A DNA stretch of 64,000 nucleotides, taken from Spirochaetia bacterium (lineage in GTDB: Bacteria > Spirochaetota > Spirochaetia > UBA9216). The stretch's first letter is position 1. The number at the start of each line of letters is the position of its first letter. The notes below the pieces were generated by a model. The model saw nothing but the letters and a program-made list of their open reading frames with translations. It was not told where the DNA came from and searched no databases. The position numbers and the translations under genes were made by a program. Positions 1 through 9,744 of this stretch are shown in pieces. The DNA lies in contig OZ223264.1 in assembly GCA_965140585.1 (NCBI GenBank), positions 352,001 through 416,000 of the forward strand, written 5' to 3'.

Positions 1-388
1 TGTTTTTCAGTGAAGTATTGAAGCTCTCCATAAGCTCTTGCGAGCGGTTTCTGTAATCCGGAAAATGGAAAAGCAATTCTGAAAAAAGGGTATCATAGCT
101 GTGAAACACTTTTTTTTCGGTATCCCAATCCACAGCGCTAGTACGTATGAACATATAGACAATATCCTTGATAGAGAATTGTTCCATGTTGATGTTATGC
201 CCTTCCGAATCTTCAAGCAGATGAATCATCACAGATCGCCCGATGTCCTCTTTACTTATAAAATGAGCATACAGTGAGGGTTTTTTTATACCGACGGAGT
301 CTCCAATCATCTGCATGGTTGTGCTGGTGTATCCGTGTTTAAGGAAGAGATCTAATGAGCTGGAAATTATTTCCTCTTTGGTGGGCAT
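1..388 (-). CDS. TetR/AcrR family transcriptional regulator (3' end runs off the window)
   Basis: Manual translation from ATG at 388: MPTKEEIISSSLDLFLKHGYTSTTMQMIGDSVGIKKPSLYAHFISKEDI, a canonical TetR HTH. Frame stays open to the window edge; not in the ORF track. Confidence 0.9.
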   Translation of the reverse strand, partial: MPTKEEIISSSLDLFLKHGYTSTTMQMIGDSVGIKKPSLYAHFISKEDIGRSVMIHLLEDSEGHNINMEQFSIKDIVYMFIRTSAVDWDTEKKVFHSYDTLFSELLFHFPDYRNRSQELMESFNTSLKN

Positions 389-407
389 ACTGCATTATAT
401 AACAAAT

Positions 408-530
408 TTAAGGAACAATAACAAGTAAAACCCAAAAAGCAACCGCAATGGCCGACAGCGGCGTTGCCTTGTAGCCTTTCTCCAGTAAGAGCTTCAGCGA
501 TTCCTCACGAAGTTTTTCTTTGGTGCCCAA
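408..530 (-). pseudogene. Truncated TetR N-terminal fragment (40 aa)
   Basis: TTG at 530 gives MGTKEKLREESLKLLLEKGYKATPLSAIAVAFWVLLVIVP*. The first 29 aa align with TetR helices 1-2 and with the neighbouring TetR, then similarity is lost. Confidence 0.55.
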
Positions 531-572
531 GGTTGCAATATAGCACCTTATTGTGTTTTATTTTATGATGCC

Positions 573-605
573 AAAAACCGAAGTGCAGCACCAGTCTGCA
601 CTTCG
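573..605 (-). terminator. Rho-independent terminator after the LRR lipoprotein gene
   Basis: Stem CGAAGTGCAG (579-588) / CTGCACTTCG (596-605); AAAAA at 573-577 reads as a U-tract on the minus strand. Confidence 0.75.
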
Positions 606-637
606 ATTCATTGCAATACTACACAAATTTTGCTGTG

Positions 638-1867
638 TTATAGATTGTCATTGATTGTACTAAATATTCCTGAAGCAGCATCCCATGGTGGTGTGCTTGA
701 GAAATTGGCGGCGGCCCCCATACTTACATGGAGCGTAACACCGCTAACCCCTGTAAAAGCGTCAACTGTGGCGCTTGGAGGGGTGCTGAAATAAAATTCC
801 AGACCAGAACTGAGGTCAGTATTGTCAAAGGCATCAGCACCAATAGATGTCAATGTTCCCAGGAAACCAACAGATCTCAATGCTGAACAACCGGAGAAAG
901 TATCAGCAGGAACAACTGTAATACCACTGGGGAATGAAATTACACCATATTGGTTGCTGCCCTGAAATGCGCCTATACCCAGAGTTGTAAGTGTACTTGG
1001 AATTACAACCGAGCTACCATTTAACGCAGGGTTGGTCAAACCAGCCATAGCTTGGCTTTGAATTTCTGTCACTCCTCCAGGTACGTTGGTAAAGTAGAGT
1101 GAAGTACAATTATAGAACACCCGTGTAGGTAGAACAGTTACTGCGGCTGGCCATGAGAAACCTGTAATTCCTGATGACATAAACGCTTCCTCACCTATCG
1201 CAGTTAGTGAGCCTGTCCCTCCGGAGAAGGTTATATTACCGCTGAAATTCTTGAAAGAAGCCGCTTCTATTGTGGTAACACTGGATGGAATAGCTATAGA
1301 GGTGACTGTTGTCAGGTTTTCAAAGGCATTTGCTGCAATGGTTGTGACAGGCAAACTATCAGCGGTCGCAAGAATAGTTACAGCGCCTGAAATTCCGCTC
1401 TCATATCCTATGACGTCCATGGCTGCTCCCGAATCTGCTAAGGCATAAATGATATTCGATGCAATATAATTACTGGTCTTAAGCACCGTGATAACAAAGG
1501 TTTTTGTCAATGTATTTCCTTCACTGTCGGAGATTGTTGCTGTTAGAGTAACTTCTGTATCTGCGTCAGTTGGTTGGGTCACTGTAGCAGTACCATCAGC
1601 TATACTGACTATGCCGGTATTACTGGCCGTCCAGGTTATGGCCGTTCCCTCTACTTCCCCTGTTAAAGGTAATGTGAAATCACCTGTGATAGTTGAACTG
1701 GTTTCTGAAGCTGCAAAGGTGATGTCTTCAACAGTAAGGGCTGCCGCTGCTTTTTCGGCGTCTGTTGATAAATATACAGACATCATGTCTGAGCATCCTG
1801 CTGTCATGCCGGCTATCATTAATACTGCAAGAGTAAATAGTGATGCTGGTTTTATTTTGGTTTTCAT
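638..1867 (-). CDS. BspA-type leucine-rich repeat (LRR_5) surface lipoprotein with N-terminal Ig-like domain
   Basis: Lipobox MTAG-C; Ig-like segment TLPLTG..GTAITWTASN..TVTQP..VTLTATIS; repeats IPSSVTTIEAASF, VPGGVTEIQSQAM, IPSTLTTLGIGAF, LTSIGADAF. Confidence 0.85.
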   Translation of the reverse strand: MKTKIKPASLFTLAVLMIAGMTAGCSDMMSVYLSTDAEKAAAALTVEDITFAASETSSTITGDFTLPLTGEVEGTAITWTASNTGIVSIADGTATVTQPTDADTEVTLTATISDSEGNTLTKTFVITVLKTSNYIASNIIYALADSGAAMDVIGYESGISGAVTILATADSLPVTTIAANAFENLTTVTSIAIPSSVTTIEAASFKNFSGNITFSGGTGSLTAIGEEAFMSSGITGFSWPAAVTVLPTRVFYNCTSLYFTNVPGGVTEIQSQAMAGLTNPALNGSSVVIPSTLTTLGIGAFQGSNQYGVISFPSGITVVPADTFSGCSALRSVGFLGTLTSIGADAFDNTDLSSGLEFYFSTPPSATVDAFTGVSGVTLHVSMGAAANFSSTPPWDAASGIFSTINDNL

Positions 1868-1879
1868 TATTCGTCCTCC

Positions 1880-2446
1880 CTATAGATAAATCCGGATTCC
1901 AACCGGGATAAGAATCTGCTGTCCGTGGTCTGAGTCTTCCAGGAAGAATTGATAAGCCGGGTTTAAATAAACACCCAGGTTGTCAGAAAATTTGTAGCTG
2001 ATATTAAGTGAAGCTCCCATTGTTGAGTCGTAATAGATCCCGAAACCCGGGGCCCCATCCGCTATATGAACCATCCCTCCATAAGCTAAGCTTGGAGCAA
2101 AGAACAATTGCTCCGGAATAAACTCGAATTCATAACCGATCTCAATCTGCCATAGCAGATCAATCAACAATGAAATGCTGCTTATTTTTGGAAATTCGTA
2201 ACTTAGTGCAAAGTCGGGTGAAATGATAATCCCACCCAAAAATGATTCTTCATCTACAACCCCCAGGGCCAGATCGACAGCTCCGTGCAGGCCGATTCCA
2301 TAAGTGACAAGGTCGGAGTAATTTACTATAGGAACAGCATTGTAAGCTCCTGCATCAATCGATTTGAATTCAATCAGATGGTTCTGACTGAATGCGGAAT
2401 TTATTCCCAGCAGTAAAAGTCCTGTTATAAAAAAGATTTTTTTCAT
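1880..2446 (-). CDS. Hypothetical exported protein, probable small outer-membrane beta-barrel
   Basis: Signal peptide (AFS-Q); alternating amphipathic strands (GIGLHGAVDL, WQIEIGYEF, GASLNISYKF, GVYLNPAYQF); C-terminal IPVGIRIYL. Confidence 0.6.
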   Translation of the reverse strand: MKKIFFITGLLLLGINSAFSQNHLIEFKSIDAGAYNAVPIVNYSDLVTYGIGLHGAVDLALGVVDEESFLGGIIISPDFALSYEFPKISSISLLIDLLWQIEIGYEFEFIPEQLFFAPSLAYGGMVHIADGAPGFGIYYDSTMGASLNISYKFSDNLGVYLNPAYQFFLEDSDHGQQILIPVGIRIYL

Positions 2447-2516
2447 ACTTACCTACCTATCGTTAGTTAGTTTAAATAAGACTAAATAATTTCTTATTGA
2501 AATACAAGTCATAAAA

Positions 2517-3287
2517 CTATTTTTCTCTCTTCCTGAAAACAATAAGCGCTGATAAGAGCCCTGCAGCCGCAAATGCCGCGGTTACCGCAAAGCATAACCA
2601 GATCGGAAGTTCCGACAATTCAGCAGTTGTTGTTCCGTAAAAAGCGAGCTTCCTGAATCCGGTTACCATATAGGTTACGGGATTTATCAGCGCTCCGATT
2701 CTCATCCAGAGAGGAAGTGAAGAAAGCGGATAGAGAGAATTGCTTAAGAATAGCAGGGGAAGCTGGAGAAGGAAGATAAGCATATGGTAGCCTTCGGAGC
2801 TGTCTGTTGATGTCGCAAGGCTGAGTGCTATACCTGAAAAACCGATTCCAAAGCCGGTTAACAGAAGCAGACCTCCAAGCAATCCCAGGGGATTGCGGCT
2901 CAGTTCAGCACCCATTAATACTCCGACAAAAATGATTATTAACGATTGTATGAGTACTTTTGTTACTATACTCAGTGTATGACCGGAAAGTATGCTCAGG
3001 CGGGGAATCGGTGCGGCCTCATACTTTTTCACAATTCCGGACAGGCGCTCATTAAGCCATGTTGAACCCCCGGCTATAGCCGCACCCACTGCTGTAAGGG
3101 CTGCAATACCCGGAATCATGAAGGACATATAATTATCCCCTGTTCCTGCAGCTCCCATCATACTGCGCATCCCGACCCCGAAGAGAACCACCCATAAAAG
3201 CGGCTGTATCAGCATCCCGGCAATCTCCTCAGGGTGTTTGATTGTTTTATGCATATATTTCTGCCATAAAATAAATGTTGCTCTCAT
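2517..3287 (-). CDS. ABC-2 type exporter permease (DrrB-like)
   Basis: Six TM segments; QPLLWVVLFG, FMIPGI, LSNSLYPLSSLPLW and NPVTY motifs. Confidence 0.9.
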   Translation of the reverse strand: MRATFILWQKYMHKTIKHPEEIAGMLIQPLLWVVLFGVGMRSMMGAAGTGDNYMSFMIPGIAALTAVGAAIAGGSTWLNERLSGIVKKYEAAPIPRLSILSGHTLSIVTKVLIQSLIIIFVGVLMGAELSRNPLGLLGGLLLLTGFGIGFSGIALSLATSTDSSEGYHMLIFLLQLPLLFLSNSLYPLSSLPLWMRIGALINPVTYMVTGFRKLAFYGTTTAELSELPIWLCFAVTAAFAAAGLLSALIVFRKREK

Positions 3288-3297
3288 AAATTTTTCC

Positions 3298-4242
3298 TCA
3301 TTTATCCCTTAAAGCCCGTCCGGTACTCTGCAGGAAGAAATCCTCCAGCGTCGGTTTTGATACCGAGATATCGTTTATCCTGTACCCGCATTTGACTGCT
3401 TCTTCTACAACCTGTGCCAGTCTCCGGTTCCCGGAGTCTACACCTATTTGAATAAAGCCGTTTCTTTCCATAAAACTGTCAACAAATGGCTGAGCTTTTA
3501 AAACTCCGGCCAGGCTGTCACTATTTCCTTTTCCTGTTAACCTGATGCTGTCTGCTCCCATCTGTTCGATCAGCTCAGAAGGGGCTCCTTCTGCGACGAT
3601 CTGTCCCCGGTCAATTATTCCAACCCGGTCAGAAACCGTTTCGGCTTCATCCATATAATGGGTTGTCAGTAGAACGGTGATTCCGGTAGTTTTCTGAAGA
3701 GCTTCAATGTACTCCCAGATTTTTGTCCGATTCTGAGGATCGAGCCCCTGAGTCGGTTCATCAAGGATAAGTATTTCCGGTTCAGTCAGCAGCCCCCTGG
3801 CCAGCTCGAGTCGTCTTTTCATTCCGCCGGAAAATACCCCTGCCCGTTGGTCAGCTGCTTCCTCAAGTTCTACAATACTCAGCAGTTTGTCGATTTTGTA
3901 CTGCCGTTCCGTCTTTTTCATGCCATAGAGTCTGGCGTGATAGTCAAGATTCTGCCTCGCTGTAAAATCCGGTTCAAGGACGATTTCCTGAAAGGTTACT
4001 CCTATTTTACGGCGTACCTGTTCAGGCGTTTTGATAATATCGAAGCCGGCAACACGGGCGGAGCCGGAAGACGGCCGCAGCAGTGTTGACAGCATTGATA
4101 TTGTTGTGGTTTTGCCTGCACCGTTGGGTCCCAGCAGGGCGTAAACAGAATTGGCTGGAATTGAAAGGTTGATTCCGTTTACGGCAACCGTATCTCCAAA
4201 GCTACGGCATAGGTTTTCAATAGATACAGCTGCTTCACTCAT
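3298..4242 (-). CDS. ABC exporter ATP-binding protein (DrrA-like)
   Basis: Walker A GPNGAGKTT, signature FSGGMKRRL, Walker B ILILDEPT, TTHYMDEA, C-terminal PTLEDFF. Confidence 0.95.
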   Translation of the reverse strand: MSEAAVSIENLCRSFGDTVAVNGINLSIPANSVYALLGPNGAGKTTTISMLSTLLRPSSGSARVAGFDIIKTPEQVRRKIGVTFQEIVLEPDFTARQNLDYHARLYGMKKTERQYKIDKLLSIVELEEAADQRAGVFSGGMKRRLELARGLLTEPEILILDEPTQGLDPQNRTKIWEYIEALQKTTGITVLLTTHYMDEAETVSDRVGIIDRGQIVAEGAPSELIEQMGADSIRLTGKGNSDSLAGVLKAQPFVDSFMERNGFIQIGVDSGNRRLAQVVEEAVKCGYRINDISVSKPTLEDFFLQSTGRALRDK

Positions 4243-5258
4243 CTGGATACCTCGTCTCCAGCCACCTCATCTATCCAGGGGAGGATAATTTTCATCACCT
4301 TTTCCGGAGTTTCTTCATGCGGCATGTGCCCGGTTCCGGGTATGATATGAAGTTCTGAATCCGGGAGTAGATCATCCAGTTTTTGAAAATCTTCAGCCGG
4401 TACAACTTTGTCTTCAGCACCTGAAAGAATCAACGCCGGAATTTTTATATCCGGAATACTGCTTTCAAAATCAAAAGAGACTTCTGCCCATGCTTTCAGA
4501 TACTGCCAGAGTGCAAAATCCCAGTCACTGACTTCGGTCATGATCATGCTGTCTGACTTTCTGCTTCCGGTAAAAACTTCCGGGTCATAATAGCAGTTCA
4601 CATAAAATGAGGTTCCTGAACCTATGGAACGGGCAAACAGGGGGCCGACATTATTCAGTTGAGCACTGTTAACCAGCCATCCCGGCATTGATTCGCTGAC
4701 AAATACCGCCGGATCGATGAGAATAAGTCCGGTAACTCGTTCCTTGTATTCCGCCGCGGCCCGGACAGCGAGTGTTCCGCCGTATGAAGAGCCTACAAGG
4801 TAGACCTGCTTAAGTGCCAGCGCGTCAAGAAAACCTATAAGCTGCTGAACCGCCGCTTCCTGGGTATACGGGTTTTCACCACTCCAGTCGCCTTCCAGCA
4901 GTTTTTCACTCAACCCGTAGGGAGCCTGATCGTAGGCTATGGTCCGTCCCCTTGCCGCAAAAACATCCTGTACCTTGTCCCAGCTGTACAGGTTATACAT
5001 TGAACCATGAAGAAGGATAAAAACAGGCTTGCCCGGAGCTGATTGTCCTTTTTCAACATAATGAATCTGTATTCCGTCGGTTCCGTCAAACGGAATATTT
5101 ATGAACCTGCTGCCTGCTCTTCCTGCTTCTTCTGCAGAGCTCAGTCCTTCAAGAGGTTGAGGTGAAATAACCAGAGGGACTACTACCGCAGCTGCCGAAA
5201 GAGCGGCAATAACAATAGCGATAATCAATAAGATTTTTTTTATAAGCTTCTTTTTCAT
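4239..5258 (-). CDS. Membrane-anchored alpha/beta fold hydrolase
   Basis: N-terminal TM anchor; LLHG oxyanion motif, nucleophile GSSYGG, GAEDKVV acid, GHMPHEE histidine. Confidence 0.9.
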   Translation of the reverse strand: MKKKLIKKILLIIAIVIAALSAAAVVVPLVISPQPLEGLSSAEEAGRAGSRFINIPFDGTDGIQIHYVEKGQSAPGKPVFILLHGSMYNLYSWDKVQDVFAARGRTIAYDQAPYGLSEKLLEGDWSGENPYTQEAAVQQLIGFLDALALKQVYLVGSSYGGTLAVRAAAEYKERVTGLILIDPAVFVSESMPGWLVNSAQLNNVGPLFARSIGSGTSFYVNCYYDPEVFTGSRKSDSMIMTEVSDWDFALWQYLKAWAEVSFDFESSIPDIKIPALILSGAEDKVVPAEDFQKLDDLLPDSELHIIPGTGHMPHEETPEKVMKIILPWIDEVAGDEVSR

Positions 5259-5277
5259 ACTAATATAGCTCCTATAA

Positions 5278-5360
5278 CTGCTTTATAGTACTAAACATAA
5301 AAGTTAATACTGCTATAGTCAATATAAATACTTGTATATTATGCTTAATAGCAGTAATAT
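5278..5360. promoter_or_regulatory. Divergent sigma70-type promoters with candidate MarR operators
   Basis: Minus strand TTGACT(5322-5317)-17-TATGTT; plus strand TTGTAT(5332)-17-TAATAT(5355). Recurrent (AC)TGCT-n4-AG(C/T)A half-palindromes near 5278, 5309 and 5342. Confidence 0.55.
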
Positions 5361-5366
5361 TGATTC

Positions 5367-5960
5367 ATGAACGATAAAAAGCTTGAATATGCCAGAGAAA
5401 TTCTCCTTTACCTTGAAAAGTATCTGGATCAGACAGCTGATTTTTCTGATGATAATGATGAGATGATTCTTGACTTCTCAAGATGGCTTATGAACTCAAA
5501 TCCTAAGCGGGCTGAGGAAGGGGGGCATGAAGGTTCAGAAATGACAGATATCCTTATTGGTATGCACCTGGTAAATATTGCAAACCTTCTAAAGAAAGAA
5601 CAGAATCACTTTGTATCAGAAACTCCATTTTCGTCCTTTCTGGATTTTCAGTTTCTCTTTGTTCTCAATGAGCACGGTGACATGACAAAATCTCAGCTTA
5701 TATCAGCGAATAATATGGAGATGTCATCGGGTATTGAGGTTGTTAACAGATTGAAAAGAGCCGGATGGATTGAAGAAAAAAATAATCCGGATGACAGGCG
5801 TTCGAAGCTTATTCATACATCGGAGCAAGGCAAAGCGGTACTTGATGAATACCGGAATAGCGGACTTTCCATTTATAAATCATATTCTGCTAAATTAGAA
5901 GAATATGAGAAATCAGCTGTTTTAAAATCACTTGAGCTTTTAAGCAGGTTAAAAAGCTGA
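5367..5960 (+). CDS. MarR family regulator with N-terminal extension
   Basis: wHTH: VVNRLKRAGWIEEKNNPDDRRSKLIHTSEQG; divergent from the hydrolase-ABC operon. Confidence 0.85.
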   Translation: MNDKKLEYAREILLYLEKYLDQTADFSDDNDEMILDFSRWLMNSNPKRAEEGGHEGSEMTDILIGMHLVNIANLLKKEQNHFVSETPFSSFLDFQFLFVLNEHGDMTKSQLISANNMEMSSGIEVVNRLKRAGWIEEKNNPDDRRSKLIHTSEQGKAVLDEYRNSGLSIYKSYSAKLEEYEKSAVLKSLELLSRLKS

Positions 5961-5961
5961 G

Positions 5962-7779
5962 CTAATCCAGATACCCGTTAATCACATCAATAAAAGTTGA
6001 GCCGTAGGCTTCCATCTTCTTTTCACCGACTCCTGAAACGAGGAGGAACTCGTCATTGTTGCGCGGCTTGAGAACGGCCATGTCGGTCAGGGTTTTGTCC
6101 GAGAAAATAATGTAAGGAGGAACCATGTGTTCCCTGGCAATTTCAGTCCGCTTTTCTTTGAGCAGAGTGAACAGGGCCTTGTCCTTAAAGCCGTGTCTTT
6201 CAATCAGTGTTTCCCTGGAAACCGCATCCGGAGCCTTTGAGGCTGATGTCTCACTGATGAAGAAGGTCTGACGGCCGAAAAGTATTTTACGTGCAGATTC
6301 GTTCATTCGAAGAACGTTATACCTGGTGCTGTCCTGATAAATCACCTGCTGCCCGAGCAGCTCATTGATAATGCTGCGCCACCAGGTTTTACTCTTATCC
6401 TTACCGACTCCGAAGGTCTTCAGCTCCTGATGGTTTCTGCTGCGGATTTTTTCTGTATCGGCTCCGCGGACAATATCGATTATATGATTTATGCCGAAGC
6501 TTTCGTTTACCCTCATAATTGCGGACAGTATTTTCTGGGCGTCAACGGTCGCATCGGTTTTCTCGGTTGCGTCGTTACAGACATCACAGTTTTTGCAGTT
6601 TCCTTCATGCTCTTCATTGAAATATTCCAGAAGCTGTTTTCGGCGGCAGACGTTTACAGTAGCATACTGAACAAGGCTGTTGAGGTTATTCCGGCTTTTT
6701 TCCTGCTCCTTCTGGTCGCTAATCTGATCAATAAAATACTGCTGCTTTACAATATCTCCGGTTCCAAAGAAAAGGATGCAGTTTGAATCAAGTCCGTCAC
6801 GTCCGGCCCTTCCGGTTTCCTGGTAATATCCTTCCATGCTTTTGGGAAGATCGCCGTGAATTACAAAACGTATATTGTTTTTGTTTATACCCATTCCAAA
6901 GGCCGTGGTCGCTACAATTACATCAACCTGATCGTTGTTGAACAGATCCTGGTTTCTGGTTCTCTCTTCCCTTGATAGTCCGGCATGGTAGTGAAGTGCT
7001 TTGATGCCTTTTTTCTTCAGGTGTTCGGCCGTTTTTTCGACATCCTTCCTGCTTATGCGGTATACGATACCCGACTCATCTGAATGATTTTTAATGTAGG
7101 AAGTGATCTGAGACAGGACCTCGGTTTTTCTGCTGACATGGTAGTACAGTTCTTTTCTGTCAAAGGAAGCTCGTATCACAAGCGGTTTCTTCAGCTTCAG
7201 AATCCGGATTATGTCGGCCTGAACCTTTGCCGTGGCAGTTGCCGTAAAGGCGGCTATCGGAATTCCCGGGAAGTTTTTTCTTAGCTTTGAGAGAAAGAGG
7301 TAATCAGGTCTGAAATCATGACCCCATTCGGAAAGGCAGTGCGCCTCATCAATCGCAAAAAACGAAACATTTAAGTTATGAAGCCGATCTATATATCCGT
7401 CAACTGCGAGTCTTTCCGGGGAAAGGTAGAGCAGTTTGATTTCATTGCGGTATAGCCTGGAGTATATTTCGGAGATCTCCTCAGCTTCCAGTGTGCTGTT
7501 TAAAAAAGCTGCAGGAATCCCTTTTTCAATAGCTTCATCAACCTGATCTTTCATAAGCGCAATAAGCGGACTTATTACCACAGTAAGGCCTTCAAACATC
7601 AGTCCGGGAATCTGGTAGCAGAGGCTTTTTCCTCCTCCGGTAGGCATCGATGTAAAAACATCCCTTCCCGAAACAATGGCTGATATTACTTCTTCCTGGT
7701 TTTCACGGAAGGTTTCGTATCCAAAAATCGATTTTAGTATCTGCTTAGACTGTCTGGTGTTTTTAGTTTCTGCCGGCAA
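5962..7779 (-). CDS. recQ: ATP-dependent DNA helicase RecQ
   Basis: MPTGGGKSLCYQ, DEAHCLSEWGHDFRP, YQETGRAGRDG, Zn-binding CRR..C..CDVC, RQC and HRDC (VPPYIIFSDKTL). Confidence 0.97.
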   Translation of the reverse strand: MPAETKNTRQSKQILKSIFGYETFRENQEEVISAIVSGRDVFTSMPTGGGKSLCYQIPGLMFEGLTVVISPLIALMKDQVDEAIEKGIPAAFLNSTLEAEEISEIYSRLYRNEIKLLYLSPERLAVDGYIDRLHNLNVSFFAIDEAHCLSEWGHDFRPDYLFLSKLRKNFPGIPIAAFTATATAKVQADIIRILKLKKPLVIRASFDRKELYYHVSRKTEVLSQITSYIKNHSDESGIVYRISRKDVEKTAEHLKKKGIKALHYHAGLSREERTRNQDLFNNDQVDVIVATTAFGMGINKNNIRFVIHGDLPKSMEGYYQETGRAGRDGLDSNCILFFGTGDIVKQQYFIDQISDQKEQEKSRNNLNSLVQYATVNVCRRKQLLEYFNEEHEGNCKNCDVCNDATEKTDATVDAQKILSAIMRVNESFGINHIIDIVRGADTEKIRSRNHQELKTFGVGKDKSKTWWRSIINELLGQQVIYQDSTRYNVLRMNESARKILFGRQTFFISETSASKAPDAVSRETLIERHGFKDKALFTLLKEKRTEIAREHMVPPYIIFSDKTLTDMAVLKPRNNDEFLLVSGVGEKKMEAYGSTFIDVINGYLD

Positions 7780-7931
7780 GCTTACGTTTCTCCAAAAAAT
7801 ATGATACTTCAGTTATTATAACTGAAATTTAACAAATTAAAATAAGAGGCACCTCAGAGAAGGGTATATTTTTGTTAACTAAAATTGTACAGTTGCATTT
7901 CGTATCCCAAATTTTCCACCTTGGAGTATAA

Positions 7932-8666
7932 ATGCCCCTTATTTACTTTTTCCTCTCAATCATCAGCTGGATAGAACTTGTTATCTGCTTCATAATTTAT
8001 ATACCCATACAGGGGCTGCTGTTTCTTTTTACCGCCCCATTTGATAAGCACCGCAGAATCATGCACTATAATTCTTCAATCCTCTGCACCGTGGTTCTTG
8101 CCCTTTGTCCTCTTATCAGGCTTGAGTACAAGGGTCTTGAGAATATAAACCGTAAAAAGCCTGTAGTGATTGTGATGAACCACCAGTCAATTCTTGATAT
8201 CCTCCTCATTTTTACAATCTTTCTCCCTGCAAAGATGATTGCAAAAAAATCCCTTGCCCGCGTTCCTATTGTAGGCTGGAACCTTTTCATGAGCGGTCAT
8301 ATCCTGATCGACCGGCAGAGCCGTAAAAGTCAGATTGAATCAATCAGAAGGATGGATGATATTCTTCTTGAGGGTGATTCTTTGATGATTTATCCTGAGG
8401 GGACCCGTACCTCAGACGGTAATATTGCCGAGTTCAAGAAAGGAGCCTTCCGCTGCGCCTGCAATACCGGAACACCGGTTCTTCCTGTTGTTATAGACGG
8501 TGCATATCAGGCTATGCCCAGAAATGGAAAGAATTTGAATGGATTTCATAAAATTACGCTGTCAATACTTCCTCCCGTTGAAGTGGCGAAGGGATTCAAC
8601 ACTCAGGAACTGGCACAGAAATGCCATGAGCTGATGAGTGCCGAGCTTCGGCGTCTGCGGAATTAG
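7932..8666 (+). CDS. plsC: 1-acyl-sn-glycerol-3-phosphate acyltransferase (lysophospholipid acyltransferase family)
   Basis: NHQSILD (HX4D), IDR, YPEGTRT, FKKGAF motifs. Confidence 0.88.
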   Translation: MPLIYFFLSIISWIELVICFIIYIPIQGLLFLFTAPFDKHRRIMHYNSSILCTVVLALCPLIRLEYKGLENINRKKPVVIVMNHQSILDILLIFTIFLPAKMIAKKSLARVPIVGWNLFMSGHILIDRQSRKSQIESIRRMDDILLEGDSLMIYPEGTRTSDGNIAEFKKGAFRCACNTGTPVLPVVIDGAYQAMPRNGKNLNGFHKITLSILPPVEVAKGFNTQELAQKCHELMSAELRRLRN

Positions 8667-8712
8667 CGATAGATTGTATTAAAAATAATCAATTTTGTGA
8701 TAAGATTTCAAA

Positions 8713-9615
8713 ATGAATAATAAAAGAAATGAGCAAAAAGCCGGTCTCGCTTACATTATGACTGCAGTTCTTATATGGGGTTTTCTGCCTTCATATCTGA
8801 AGATGCTTGTTCATGTCGAAACAATACTGATTCTTGCAAACCGGATAGTTTGGGCCGCTGTGATAATGCTGCTTATTATCATATTCTTCTATAATAAAGA
8901 GGAACTTCTTTCTCCTTTGAAAGAAAAAAGAAATATTCTGCTTTTTTCCCTTGCAGGGCTTACTGTACTGAGTCAGTGGGTCTTTTATATATATGCCATT
9001 ACGACAAGTCATATCCTTGAGATCAGTCTGGGGTATTATATTTATCCTGTCCTTGTTGTTATTTTCAGTCGTCTGGTTTTCAAGGAGAGGTTAAGTGTTA
9101 ACACCCTTATAGCTTTTTTTCTTGCACTTGCGGGGGTTCTGATTCTTATTTTCGGTTATGGTAATGTGCCCGTCCAGGGGCTTGGCATTGCTTTTTCCTT
9201 TACATTCTACAGTCTTGTTAAGAAAAAACTTTCCGTTCCTTCTGTGATTTCTACATTTTATGAAATGCTTTTTCTTATGCCCTTCGCCCTTGCATATATG
9301 ATATATATGGAGTCAACGGGCAGGGGCTGGTTTACTGACTTTTCTGCGGATCCTGTTACACCGCTTCTTCTTGTAGGTGCCGGACTGCTGACCTGTGTGA
9401 CCCTCATGACTTTTGCCTCGGGAGCGAAGCGGATATCGATGACAGCCGTAGGATTTATCCAGTATCTTTCACCGACCATAGCGATGATTACTGCAGTTTT
9501 TGTTTTCGGAGAGGAATTTTCTTCGGCACACTGGCTGTCGTTTGGGTTGGTCTGGGTTGCAATTATTATCTATACAGTCCCCGGAATCAGGCAGCTGGTG
9601 AAGAAAAAGCAATAG
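8713..9615 (+). CDS. rarD: EamA/DMT transporter RarD
   Basis: SLGYYIYP, GFIQYLSPT, about 10 TM segments typical of RarD. Confidence 0.9.
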   Translation: MNNKRNEQKAGLAYIMTAVLIWGFLPSYLKMLVHVETILILANRIVWAAVIMLLIIIFFYNKEELLSPLKEKRNILLFSLAGLTVLSQWVFYIYAITTSHILEISLGYYIYPVLVVIFSRLVFKERLSVNTLIAFFLALAGVLILIFGYGNVPVQGLGIAFSFTFYSLVKKKLSVPSVISTFYEMLFLMPFALAYMIYMESTGRGWFTDFSADPVTPLLLVGAGLLTCVTLMTFASGAKRISMTAVGFIQYLSPTIAMITAVFVFGEEFSSAHWLSFGLVWVAIIIYTVPGIRQLVKKKQ

Positions 9616-9744
9616 AAGAACTTGATTATCAGTCTTATTCCTCTCAAAAATATTAAAAAATTTATTCACTGTCGCATTTCCGCCACATTCTGTTTTTATA
9701 CTCTGAATATAAACCGGTAAATCCGGATTTTTCAGGAGGAAAGA

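Noticed and set aside
7-216. 69-aa minus-strand ORF in the track
   Set aside because: Out of frame within the TetR gene starting at 388.
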